From: a virus
Taxonomy: Duplodnaviria; Caudoviricetes
Direction: 5' to 3' (one strand)
Length of the DNA: 64,000 bases
IMG/VR virus record: IMGVR_UViG_3300033485_000008
Location: 1,861 to 65,860 of that record
Positions 10,094 to 17,976 of the stretch are shown here, piece after piece (the stretch's first letter is position 1; each line of letters begins with the position of its first letter). Under the pieces are notes generated by a model. That model ran no database searches and was not told the origin of the DNA. It worked only from the letters and a program-made list of their open reading frames with translations. Both the position numbers and the translations under genes were made by a program.

Positions 10094-10354
10094 ATGCAAC
10101 CGCTTGGTACGTATCTGGTGGCTTCGCAGTATCCTCCCCTGAGGCGGAAGACGCACCTTTGGGCAATCCTCACGCGGAGGTCTGGGGCTAAACTCGGCCA
10201 GGTGGGATGGTTCTCTAGGTGGCGGCAGTATTGTTTCTATGCGGAGAGGGGGACAATCTTCAATTCCGCATGTTTGCAGGAGATTTCGACTTTCCTGGTC
10301 AATCAGAACAGGGAGCATCGCGATAAGAAAAGATCGGTAAGCGATGGCCCGTGA
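10094..10354 (+). CDS. Hypothetical protein (86 aa)
   Basis: Co-oriented, tightly packed. Confidence 0.65.
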   Translation: MQPLGTYLVASQYPPLRRKTHLWAILTRRSGAKLGQVGWFSRWRQYCFYAERGTIFNSACLQEISTFLVNQNREHRDKKRSVSDGP

Positions 10355-10796
10355 AAGCACAGGCCGTCAAGTGTGCAAGTGCGCGTTCTGCGACTGGAGC
10401 ACTTCAGCCTGGGTTACGACGAAGAAGGGCAAACGCATCAATTGTTACCGGCGACTACAACTGCACGTTGACCGTGCCCATCCGGAGGAAGCGAAGAAGA
10501 TAAAACAGTGGGCGCAGGCCATGTGCAAAATTATTATCCTACTACTCATGCTCGCCCCTCTCGACCTTGCTGTAGCAGAAGAGGAACCCATACTGAATGG
10601 CGCTGCCAGCGTGGTCTCTTCTGACATTGCTGTTGGCAATCCCATCCTTTGCAGGTTTGGTATTAACGGCGAGTACGAACGTGGTGCTGAGTTCAGGAAC
10701 CATGCCTGTATGGACTACAAGGCCGCTGTCTTGAAACTGCGTCCGTTCTCTTGGTTCTGCTGGTGGTCTGACCCGTGCTCGGGGGAGAAGCCATAA
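10344..10796 (+). CDS. C2H2-like Zn finger N-terminus in frame with a signal-peptide-like segment (possible second start at 10521)
   Basis: CAFC...LQLHVDRAH, then MCKIIILLLMLAPLDLAVA-EEEP. Confidence 0.6.
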   Translation: MARESTGRQVCKCAFCDWSTSAWVTTKKGKRINCYRRLQLHVDRAHPEEAKKIKQWAQAMCKIIILLLMLAPLDLAVAEEEPILNGAASVVSSDIAVGNPILCRFGINGEYERGAEFRNHACMDYKAAVLKLRPFSWFCWWSDPCSGEKP

Positions 10797-10936
10797 TGTG
10801 CGAACACAAGTACGTTAGTCGAGTCGATTCGCTGGAGAGAGGGGTCACTCACTCACGGTGGTACTGTGACAAGTGCCGCTTGGAGTTCAAGCCTGTGTGG
10901 CCTGAGGAGTCTGACGTGTCAATGGAGGACGCATGA
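10796..10936 (+). CDS. Small Zn-binding-type protein (46 aa; not in ORF track)
   Basis: TAATG overlap; MCEHKYV...WYCDKCRLEF; ATGA overlap with the next gene. Confidence 0.6.
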   Translation: MCEHKYVSRVDSLERGVTHSRWYCDKCRLEFKPVWPEESDVSMEDA

Positions 10937-11823
10937 CTGTAGGGAGCGTCATGGATGACTGTGAAGTTCTGAAAGCGACAATGCTGGCGGATATTCGCAA
11001 GAAACGAATCTTGTCTCTTGAGGCGCAGCTCGCTGAGATGCGGGCGTTTATCATCAAGATGTGTCGTTCCCATGGAACGCATTGCGGTTGCGGCTGGTGT
11101 GAAGAGTCTGAACCCATCCTTACTTCCACCGACCTCGGCAAGGGCTGGGTGTCGCCGCAGGAACACCAGCAATTGAGTGCCAACTATCAAACGGCTGTGG
11201 CTCATTATGAGACTGGAATGCTGCAGGCCCAAGCAGAAGCGGCGGCGTGGCAAGATCCTGAACGCTTGGCCCGTATTTTCCACGAGACCTATGAGCGACT
11301 GGCTCCGACATTTTGCTACGAGACCAGAAAGGAATCAGCAGTTCCTTGGGATCAAGTGCCAGACACGAATAAGAAATTGATGATCGCGGTGTGCAGGGAA
11401 GTCGGAGGAAACATCGGCACCGCCGCCAAGGCGCTGCTGGAACGGTTGGAGAAGCTGGAAGCTGCGGCGAGTGCGGGAAAAGCAGTGAGAGACGAAATGG
11501 AGTTCGCTCCACCGAACTCTGGGTGCTCGGGATACATATGGGTGCCTAAGACAACGTGGCAGGAGTTTTGTGCCGCGCTCGACGCGCTGGTGGTCCTTAC
11601 CGTTGGTGGCAAGGGATGGATGTCGCGGGAGGAGCACAAGCAGATCCTCGACGAGTACGTTACGGAGCACGGGCGAATTACTGAGGTCTATTACAAAGCG
11701 ATGAAGCGAGCTGAAGCTCGGTTCTGCGAAGCGCATCGAGTCGCGGAGGTGGGAGAAACGTGTCCCTGCTGTGCTGCCGTGGCGATGTTCGACAAAGTTA
11801 AGCAAGCCAATGTGGTTCCTTGA
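10933..11823 (+). CDS. Mosaic hypothetical protein (296 aa)
   Basis: GGAGG SD. Internal repeat GKGWVSPQEH/GKGWMSREEH. Contains the segment LARIFHETYERLAP..PWDQVP. Confidence 0.7.
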   Translation: MTVGSVMDDCEVLKATMLADIRKKRILSLEAQLAEMRAFIIKMCRSHGTHCGCGWCEESEPILTSTDLGKGWVSPQEHQQLSANYQTAVAHYETGMLQAQAEAAAWQDPERLARIFHETYERLAPTFCYETRKESAVPWDQVPDTNKKLMIAVCREVGGNIGTAAKALLERLEKLEAAASAGKAVRDEMEFAPPNSGCSGYIWVPKTTWQEFCAALDALVVLTVGGKGWMSREEHKQILDEYVTEHGRITEVYYKAMKRAEARFCEAHRVAEVGETCPCCAAVAMFDKVKQANVVP

Positions 11824-12094
11824 GTGGTGTGCGCTAGGACCCCTGATCGCGTTTGCTCTGGGTTTCTGGCTAGGTATCTGGTGGCAGAGATGGGACAATG
11901 AAGGAGAAGCCATGACCTATTTACAACTGAAGGCTTTATGTGAGTTGCTGATGGTATCTGACCCCTTCCCACTAGATGCGAACAGCGAGGAGTTGCTGAA
12001 AGGCTTGGCCGACAAAGAAGCTAAGCAACACGGCTTCGACACCTGGATAGACGCATTCCACGGGCCTGATGAAAAAGAGGTACCCCATGACTAA
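11810..12094 (+). CDS. Hypothetical protein with N-terminal TM segment (alternative start 11912)
   Basis: Hydrophobic MWFLEWCALGPLIAFALGFWLGIWW. Internal ATG at 11912 has an AAGGAG SD. Confidence 0.55.
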   Translation: MWFLEWCALGPLIAFALGFWLGIWWQRWDNEGEAMTYLQLKALCELLMVSDPFPLDANSEELLKGLADKEAKQHGFDTWIDAFHGPDEKEVPHD

Positions 12095-12236
12095 ACCCGT
12101 TCCAGCTCGAACGATCTTCTGGCCGTGTGACCAGGAGAAACACGCAGCCTGTCCAGGTGAGGCTGCTGTCGGCCTCGAAGAGGATCCCAAGCGTCCTATC
12201 CTTCGCTGCGCCTGCGAATGCCACAAGAACCCCTAG
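12087..12236 (+). CDS. Small Cys/His protein (49 aa; not in ORF track)
   Basis: GAGG SD; MTKPVPARTIFWPCDQEKH...CACECHKNP. Confidence 0.55.
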   Translation: MTKPVPARTIFWPCDQEKHAACPGEAAVGLEEDPKRPILRCACECHKNP

Positions 12237-12562
12237 ACTGGCTCGAACCCGTCAAGCGTGAGTTTCACGGTGCGGGATGGCTCGACTGGTGCGTGAGGCA
12301 TTACGAGCAGGTCTTGCTAACTATGGAGGAGCCTCGAAGGAATGTCTTGACAGAGCGTGAGTTCGCCTCCGCCTGTGCGTTGCTGGACGTAGAGCCGCAG
12401 CCCACAACGCCAGCGGAGGCGAACCAGCGATGGTGTCAGTTTGTCGGGGCGGTACGAGATGCCCTGAAGCGGCACCGAGAGCGAGAGAAACGGGCGGAGG
12501 TAGCCCAAGAACGCAGGAAACAGCGGCTCGGAGGGAAGGATGATGCCAAAGGGCAAGGGTAA
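12218..12562 (+). CDS. Hypothetical protein (114 aa)
   Basis: Co-oriented, overlapping neighbours. Confidence 0.55.
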   Translation: MPQEPLDWLEPVKREFHGAGWLDWCVRHYEQVLLTMEEPRRNVLTEREFASACALLDVEPQPTTPAEANQRWCQFVGAVRDALKRHREREKRAEVAQERRKQRLGGKDDAKGQG

Positions 12563-12809
12563 GCAACCGGATCAACGTGGTGCTGGAGCCGAGAAGACGT
12601 CCCGGCAGAGGTTCATGGAGCTGGCTCCAGGCCGAACGGATCGAGTGTTGAAGGCACTCAACACGCTCGGCAAGTGTGCGAACCGGAGCACGTATGACTT
12701 CAGGGTGGACGAGGTCGCGAAGATCTTCGATGCCATCAACAAGAAGGTGACGACGGTCAAGTTCCGGTTCGAGCAGGCGAAGCCTCAGGAGGAGACCTTC
12801 ACCCTGTGA
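12540..12809 (+). CDS. Small helical protein of a widespread mobile-element hypothetical type
   Basis: RQRFMELAPGRTDRVLKALNTLGKCANRSTYDF..VAKIFDAI pattern. Confidence 0.7.
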   Translation: MMPKGKGKQPDQRGAGAEKTSRQRFMELAPGRTDRVLKALNTLGKCANRSTYDFRVDEVAKIFDAINKKVTTVKFRFEQAKPQEETFTL

Positions 12810-13066
12810 TGGTCGGCAGGGGCATCGCGACTGTCGGGATCTGGATGTCGCCGGCAGCGGTGCTTCATGCCCTGGTAAGGCCAGGGATCGAGATCTCCAC
12901 CGCGTTACCAAGCGGTCTGGTCTTGGTCCTTGGCCTTATCCTTCTGGGGGTAATGGTTCTCGCAACACTGATCGTCTGGACCGATCCACGAGGAGGCAGA
13001 CATGGGACCAAGAAGAGTAGTGGTGACGTTGGAGCTGAGCACGGATTTGGGCCTGCGATACCTTAG
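12806..13066 (+). CDS. Small membrane protein (2 TM)
   Basis: Two hydrophobic stretches; GTGA overlap. Confidence 0.6.
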   Translation: MMVGRGIATVGIWMSPAAVLHALVRPGIEISTALPSGLVLVLGLILLGVMVLATLIVWTDPRGGRHGTKKSSGDVGAEHGFGPAIP

Positions 13067-13181
13067 AGATAAGCGGTGGTGGTGGCCGAAGCTCAACACC
13101 GGCATAGTCGTGACTAACGTCCTTCAGGCACAGGCAAACGTAATCCGTTCGCAGAAGGTGTCTGCCAAGAAGAGGATGTAG
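13002..13181 (+). CDS. Hypothetical protein (59 aa; not in ORF track)
   Basis: GGAGG SD; [28 protein letters not shown]...QAQANV. Confidence 0.6.
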   Translation: MGPRRVVVTLELSTDLGLRYLRDKRWWWPKLNTGIVVTNVLQAQANVIRSQKVSAKKRM

Positions 13182-13186
13182 TAAGC

Positions 13187-13459
13187 ATGGAAAAGAAACT
13201 GCCGATCCTACTCAACGAACATCAGCATACACGCGCTTGTAGTATTCTTCGGCAGCTCACTCCGCGTGAAGAACAGATCGTGCGGTTACGGTTTGGGATA
13301 GGGGAGCGAGCTGCCTACTCCCTAGAGGAGATAAGGCAGAGGTTCGCCGTCACCCGTGAGCGTATTCGGCAGATCGAGGTTAAGGCTCTTCGGAAGCTGG
13401 GCATGACAGCTCATGAAGATCCGGTGGCCTTTCTTACCAAGCTCCTGCAAGGTGAGTAG
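13187..13459 (+). CDS. Stand-alone sigma70 region 4 (RpoD-like HTH) protein
   Basis: [15 protein letters not shown]...[27 protein letters not shown] closely matches RpoD region 4.1-4.2. No regions 2/3. Confidence 0.9.
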   Translation: MEKKLPILLNEHQHTRACSILRQLTPREEQIVRLRFGIGERAAYSLEEIRQRFAVTRERIRQIEVKALRKLGMTAHEDPVAFLTKLLQGE

Positions 13460-13461
13460 GC

Positions 13462-14007
13462 ATGAAGACTCGGGACCTTGAGGTCTCTCAGGTTCTCGAA
13501 GCCTTCCTCTGGCCCCTGGGGCGTTTCGGGCGTACTACCTGCCCACTGCACCAGGGCACCAACGCTCAGTCGTTCTGGTATCGGGGGGATCAGTGGCACT
13601 GTTTCTCCTGCGGGGAGGGGGGCAATGCGACTTCGCTGGGTCGCAGGCTCGGGATCGAGTCGCTGGGTTACAAGAAAGTCGAGTTCAAGTTAGGCGGCAC
13701 GGAGGAGATGGCCCACATGGGAAGCCGGAGTTCCGGTCATCCCGTCCGGGTTCGTTCCGTGGCCGAGACATTGCGAGCGAAGGGGTATCGGGAGCGCACG
13801 GATCAGTACGACAGGGCCTCCGAAGCTTGTCGGCTGGGACACGAGCTGGTAAACATCGGGCGCGAGTTGTTTCACTTGGATCCGGAGATCGCAGCCGAGA
13901 CCGTCTTCGCTGGAATGTCTCTTTCCGAACAGGCCGAGACGGCACTGAGTCACCTGGAAGACTGCCGGAGGGTGCTCAGCTCACCTGGCTATGATCAAGC
14001 TTCCTAG
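13462..14007 (+). CDS. CHC2 (DnaG-type) zinc-finger protein without TOPRIM domain
   Basis: CPLH...SF...WHCFSCGEGGN motif of the primase zinc-binding domain. Confidence 0.8.
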   Translation: MKTRDLEVSQVLEAFLWPLGRFGRTTCPLHQGTNAQSFWYRGDQWHCFSCGEGGNATSLGRRLGIESLGYKKVEFKLGGTEEMAHMGSRSSGHPVRVRSVAETLRAKGYRERTDQYDRASEACRLGHELVNIGRELFHLDPEIAAETVFAGMSLSEQAETALSHLEDCRRVLSSPGYDQAS

Positions 14008-14305
14008 ACGCAAACCTCACTGGGCTCGGTGCCCGAACTGCGGGTACGTCTGGTCCCTCCTCCAGGGGAAGCAATCCGTGAGGGTCTGTCCCCGGTGTGG
14101 CAAGCGTCGTGGCCTGGCGATGGCGGTGTCGAAGGGTAGGCCCCCGTACAGTGCTCAGTGCCCGTTCTGCCGGCACACCTGGATCCCTCGTGCCCGGACG
14201 AAAGGTAAGCCCACGCGCTGTCCAGCGTGCTACCACACGATTGAAGTCCTGAGGGTAAGGCAGCAGCCGGTTGCGACTGGGAGACAAGCGACAGGAGGGA
14301 CATGA
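13991..14305 (+). CDS. Double Zn-ribbon protein
   Basis: CPNCGYVW..CPRC and CPFCRHTW..CPAC. Confidence 0.75.
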   Translation: MIKLPRRKPHWARCPNCGYVWSLLQGKQSVRVCPRCGKRRGLAMAVSKGRPPYSAQCPFCRHTWIPRARTKGKPTRCPACYHTIEVLRVRQQPVATGRQATGGT

Positions 14306-14658
14306 TGATGCAGCTAAGGAAGTTGGGGGGTGTTTGTGGTGTGGTGCTGGTGTTGTTGCTGGCTGGCTCAGAGGTCCGGGCTGCGGGTGGGACTGCCTAT
14401 GTGGTTCGGTGGACTCAGCCGAACCAATGCGAGCTGGTGGACCACTGGGTGATGATGCTCGATGGCGTCGATTCCGCCAGCCTTGATGCCGCCTGCGACG
14501 GCACTATGGCGGTCCAGGCGATGATTGCCGGAGCTGGCCCGTACTCCGTGACCTTGAAGGCCGTGACGGCGAATGGCTTCGAGTCGGCCCCAAGCAACGC
14601 CATAGGGATCACGGTCCCTTTAGCTGCGCCGACCTTGTCGGCAATCGAGCCACTGTAA
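14302..14658 (+). CDS. Small secreted FN3/Ig-like protein
   Basis: Signal peptide ending VRA; beta-sandwich pattern VRWTQP...YSVTLKAVTANGFESAPSN. Confidence 0.7.
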   Translation: MMMQLRKLGGVCGVVLVLLLAGSEVRAAGGTAYVVRWTQPNQCELVDHWVMMLDGVDSASLDAACDGTMAVQAMIAGAGPYSVTLKAVTANGFESAPSNAIGITVPLAAPTLSAIEPL

Positions 14659-14767
14659 GGCGGGTCGTTCGGCTCTGGTGCCGGGACGTCCAGTGTCTCG
14701 GCAAGGGCCTCGGTTGCCGGCTGGCCTGTAGAGAAAGGTGCATGAAGGAATGGAGGAATAGTCAGCC

Positions 14768-14998
14768 ATGAGAGTTGTCGGCTTCAAATCTCCAGCGTTC
14801 GGTGAGATCGTCTTCGAGTTCCGTGTTAGCGATAACGACCTTGAACGTGCCGGTAAGGAGTCGGCTGTGAAGGCTCAGCAATTGTTCTACGGATGCACGG
14901 GAGCGCGGGTCTGCGACCGTGAGGTAATGGTGCCACTGGTGCTGGAGTTCTTGGTGCAATTGGTCAAGGAGCTGGGGCCTCCGGCACCTAAGAACTGA
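14768..14998 (+). CDS. Hypothetical protein (76 aa)
   Basis: GGAGG SD upstream. Confidence 0.65.
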   Translation: MRVVGFKSPAFGEIVFEFRVSDNDLERAGKESAVKAQQLFYGCTGARVCDREVMVPLVLEFLVQLVKELGPPAPKN

Positions 14999-15011
14999 CA
15001 AGGAGGTAAGC

Positions 15012-15512
15012 ATGGAAGATCGGAGGTCAGAGGATCAGTCAACGCTTGGCTTCCTGCCACGGGTGGACAGGAGGACGTCCTCGCTGGTCATTCCGGAGCG
15101 TCGGCCCCCGGTGGTGCGTCTGCCTGGCAACCAGCGTCCTGGCAGTCGCATCGTCATAAGTCGTTGCGATTCCATCAAGGCCGAGAACGTGTACGGTCGT
15201 TTGCGGTTACAGGGATACGTCGATCCGATCCTGCGAGTCTACAAGGGAGGCGGGGAGTCGGAGAACTTCTTCTGGGCCACGGACCACGGGGTGCTCATCA
15301 CCGTGTCGCTGGGGGTGAGGAGTCAGGTGCTCAAGCATCCTTGTGACGTCGAGTGGATCGAGATGGTGGATAACCGGAAGAACGCCTGCTACCGGACTGA
15401 CAGGCACACGTTCGAGACTCAAGGCGAGGAGTACCGTGCTCCGCGACCGGGGATGGTCACGAGGTACGGGGTCAACGTGCTGCTCTGGGACATGATCACA
15501 GGGCAGATATGA
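15012..15512 (+). CDS. Hypothetical protein (166 aa)
   Basis: AAGGAGG SD upstream. Confidence 0.7.
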   Translation: MEDRRSEDQSTLGFLPRVDRRTSSLVIPERRPPVVRLPGNQRPGSRIVISRCDSIKAENVYGRLRLQGYVDPILRVYKGGGESENFFWATDHGVLITVSLGVRSQVLKHPCDVEWIEMVDNRKNACYRTDRHTFETQGEEYRAPRPGMVTRYGVNVLLWDMITGQI

Positions 15513-15934
15513 GTAACGCAGCGAGGAAGGGTTTCTTCGCGAGGGCCAAGGCATTGACCGAGCGTCGTGCCCGGTTCGTCTACGAGGCAGCTCGTCTGGC
15601 CGCCCAGGCGAGCAAGGCACCTATCGTGCCAGCGTCTTGGGACGACCGGGAGCCAGCGTTCAAGAGGCAGTTCCTCAAGATCATCAAGCGTCAGTGTGGC
15701 TTGCAGAGGTCAACGTCCCCGGAGGAGTTACACGAGTCCTGGGTACAGGAGTACCTGAAGATGGGCTGGGTCTACGGGCAGACTTACGACCGGGGCAAGC
15801 GCACGCATCCTGACCTTGTGCCATACGCCAATCTAGGACGGCTGGAGCAAGACAAGGATACGGTCTTCATGCTCTTGTGCGACATCGCTCGCGAGTGGAT
15901 CTACGATGAGCTGGAGGAAGTGAGGCATGTATAA
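15509..15934 (+). CDS. RyR-domain protein
   Basis: ELHESWVQEYLKMGWVYGQTYDRGKRTHPDLVPYANLGRLEQDKD matches the RyR repeat signature H..W....GW.YG...D...THP.LVPY..L....KD. Confidence 0.85.
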   Translation: MSNAARKGFFARAKALTERRARFVYEAARLAAQASKAPIVPASWDDREPAFKRQFLKIIKRQCGLQRSTSPEELHESWVQEYLKMGWVYGQTYDRGKRTHPDLVPYANLGRLEQDKDTVFMLLCDIAREWIYDELEEVRHV

Positions 15935-16406
15935 GAAAGCAAGCGAGAGCCAGCAGTACCTGGGCACGTCGGGGTCGTTCAGCACACGTTCCAGCCGGAG
16001 AGGTTATCCGGTTGGTGAGGACAACGAGTACACCGCAAGCCAACTGGACAAGGTTGAGGAGGAGCGCATTGACCTCGTGGCCGAGAAGAAGGGTTTGGAA
16101 TACGACATTGCTCAGCTTACCTCCAAGCTGAAGGGAGCAAGGACGATGTACGCGAGGACGGAGGGCAAGGTCCTCGCTAAGGAGTGGACTCAGTGGGAGA
16201 TTGACAGGACCAGGAACCTGAGTCGGCTGGCGGAGATAGAGAGCAAGCTGTCGAAGCTGAAGAAGGTTCTTCGGAGGAGTCGTGATGTCCATTACGACGT
16301 ACCGTGGGAGTTCATGAAGCTTGCCGAGAAGTACGTCGATCAGGCTACGTTCGAGCGGTGGAAGGAAGAAGCCAAGTTGAGGGCCGAACAGCGTCGTTGG
16401 ACCTGA
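15927..16406 (+). CDS. Coiled-coil hypothetical protein (159 aa)
   Basis: Heptad pattern; GAGG SD. Confidence 0.7.
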   Translation: MYKKASESQQYLGTSGSFSTRSSRRGYPVGEDNEYTASQLDKVEEERIDLVAEKKGLEYDIAQLTSKLKGARTMYARTEGKVLAKEWTQWEIDRTRNLSRLAEIESKLSKLKKVLRRSRDVHYDVPWEFMKLAEKYVDQATFERWKEEAKLRAEQRRWT

Positions 16407-16496
16407 GGGAGGGGGTGAGGACAGTGGGACGTAAGGTTCGGAAGAAGGAGAAGGGCAAGAAGGGGAAGTAGTGGCTTCTCGTCTGGCTCTGATCCT

Positions 16497-16538
16497 GAGG
16501 ATCCCGGTTACACCGCGTCGTAGCCGGGGTCCTCTTCT
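16497..16538. terminator. Hairpin terminator between convergent genes
   Basis: 14-bp stem GAGGATCCCGGTTA / TAGCCGGGGTCCTC (2 G-U pairs) followed by TTCT. Confidence 0.65.
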
Positions 16539-16720
16539 CAATTCAGTTCCCGGTCTCGCTTGATGATCTCCGTAACCTTGCTGGCAAAGCGGGTGACCTC
16601 AACCTCTATCATCTGAAGGATCCGGTGCCCTTCGGATCGGCCTGGGGAGTCATCTGCTAGGACGGCTGTCTGCTGGATCTTGCCTTTCGAGTCGAGCACC
16701 ACGGCGAGTCTGTAGTCCAT
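16538..16720 (-). CDS. Small protein (60 aa), the only well-supported minus-strand gene
   Basis: AGGAGGT SD on the minus strand, then ATG at 16720; MDYRLAVVLDSKGKIQQ...RDRELN. Confidence 0.7.
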   Translation of the reverse strand: MDYRLAVVLDSKGKIQQTAVLADDSPGRSEGHRILQMIEVEVTRFASKVTEIIKRDRELN

Positions 16721-16907
16721 GAGTATACCTCCTACCCCGACAAGGACGGGATGGGTATAAGGCCGGGAAGTACAAGGAAAAGATGATCCCAAATCCTGTT
16801 GCATGGATCTTGCTTATGCGGTAAGGTCATTGTCGAACGCTCATGCTGCGTTCCTCCTTTCTTCCACGGGGTAGGGGGGTCCGCGAGCCCCCTCTACTCC
16901 ATACCTC

Positions 16908-16936
16908 TTGCAAAACTCAGTGACACTCAGTAGATC
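16908..16936 (+). promoter_or_regulatory. Putative sigma70 promoter with direct repeats in the spacer
   Basis: TTGCAA-N17-TAGATC; ACTCAGT repeated at a 10-bp period. Confidence 0.5.
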
Positions 16937-16994
16937 TAGGTAAGCCATACCGCACCCCACACTGCTCTGATGCCATGGACGGTTGGGTTGCCAC

Positions 16995-17020
16995 AGAGAG
17001 GGGGCTTCGGCCCCCTTTCT
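16995..17020 (+). terminator. cUUCGg-tetraloop hairpin terminator
   Basis: AGAGAGGGGGC-TTCG-GCCCCCTTTCT, 11-bp stem. Confidence 0.7.
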
Positions 17021-17103
17021 GCTTCAAGATCTTGACTTTCCGCCCAGCTCCGTGAGAGGATCGCCGGCAATGGCATTAGAGAAGTTGTGGAGGGGCGGCG
17101 GCG

Positions 17104-17628
17104 GTGGCATCTTCTAACGGCAACGGTCGCCGGCCTCATCAGTCCCTTCCAAGTCAGCGGATCTTTCCGGAACTCACACGCCACCAGGAGATGGTGTTGC
17201 TCAACAAGATCGTGGGCATTACTCCGGGTCAGGTTCTCCTTGCTCTAGGCCACAGGTTCCGTCCCAAATACATGGACGAAAAGGGCTGGACCTACGTCAG
17301 CTACAATTCCTTAACTGAACAGATTGGCCTGAACTACTATTGGCAAGCGAAGCGAGCCCTCTATTACTTACGACGGTTGGGGGTAGTTCACCGTGAGACC
17401 AGGGTCCACCGAAGTTACGGATGGAGAAACTGGTGGTGGATCGACCGGGAGAGACTTACCCAGATGCGGTACTACGTCGCGCAGCATGGCCCACGACGTT
17501 TCCAACCAGGGCCAGGATGTTATCGCAAATGGGACCCTTCGGATCTCTCGAAGCTAGACGGTGGGTCCGATTTGATGGGGGGAGAAGGGGGGAGGGGAGA
17601 TTCTAATTCGCTCGGAGGGGGGGGCTAA
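17104..17628 (+). CDS. Putative replication initiator (winged-helix type)
   Basis: WTYVSYNSLTEQIGL..YWQAKRALYYLRRLGVV wHTH-like segment followed by a low-complexity tail that overlaps iteron-like repeats. Confidence 0.5.
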   Translation: MASSNGNGRRPHQSLPSQRIFPELTRHQEMVLLNKIVGITPGQVLLALGHRFRPKYMDEKGWTYVSYNSLTEQIGLNYYWQAKRALYYLRRLGVVHRETRVHRSYGWRNWWWIDRERLTQMRYYVAQHGPRRFQPGPGCYRKWDPSDLSKLDGGSDLMGGEGGRGDSNSLGGGG

Positions 17629-17812
17629 CTCGCTCGGAGCTGGGGGTCAATTCGCTCTATGGCAGATATTCCTACAGCCTTCGGACATGGGTACTTAGGT
17701 ATTTCAGTGCTTAGGTACTCAGATATTCCAGTCCTTGAGTATCTGAATGTGTCTCCCCGGAATGACATGGTATTAAGTTCTTACGTACTTAGGTACTAGA
17801 GTCCTAAGGTAC
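17605..17812. repeat. Putative replication origin: three iterons at 22-bp period plus TTAGGTAC-like repeats
   Basis: AATTCGCTCGGAG (17605), AACTCGCTCGGAG (17627), AATTCGCTCTATG (17649). Then an AT-richer tract with four near-identical repeats (GTACTTAGGTATT, GTGCTTAGGTACT, GTACTTAGGTACT, GTCCTAAGGTACT). Confidence 0.6.
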
Positions 17813-17976
17813 TCGCCCGTGCGTAGGGGGGCAACGGGTGATCAGCATTGAGGACGAGCGGAGGCTCCGGGGGGCGAGCAGGTTACCGCAGGGGGGTCTC
17901 ACCTTCCGGGTCTCATGGGGTATGATAAAGAGACTCTGGGGGCTGTTTCCGCTGAGGCGTAGAAGGAGGTCGGAAC

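Noticed and set aside
16946-16958. 12/13 complementarity of the candidate sRNA to the RBS/AUG at 35753-35765
   Set aside because: A rough estimate gives about one such match by chance in 64 kb across all windows of the RNA, so it is not evidence of targeting.
17626-17800. Stop-codon readthrough extending the initiator (same frame stays open for about 57 codons)
   Set aside because: The stop is TAA, there is no genome-wide sign of recoding, and the extension is repeat-derived origin-like sequence.
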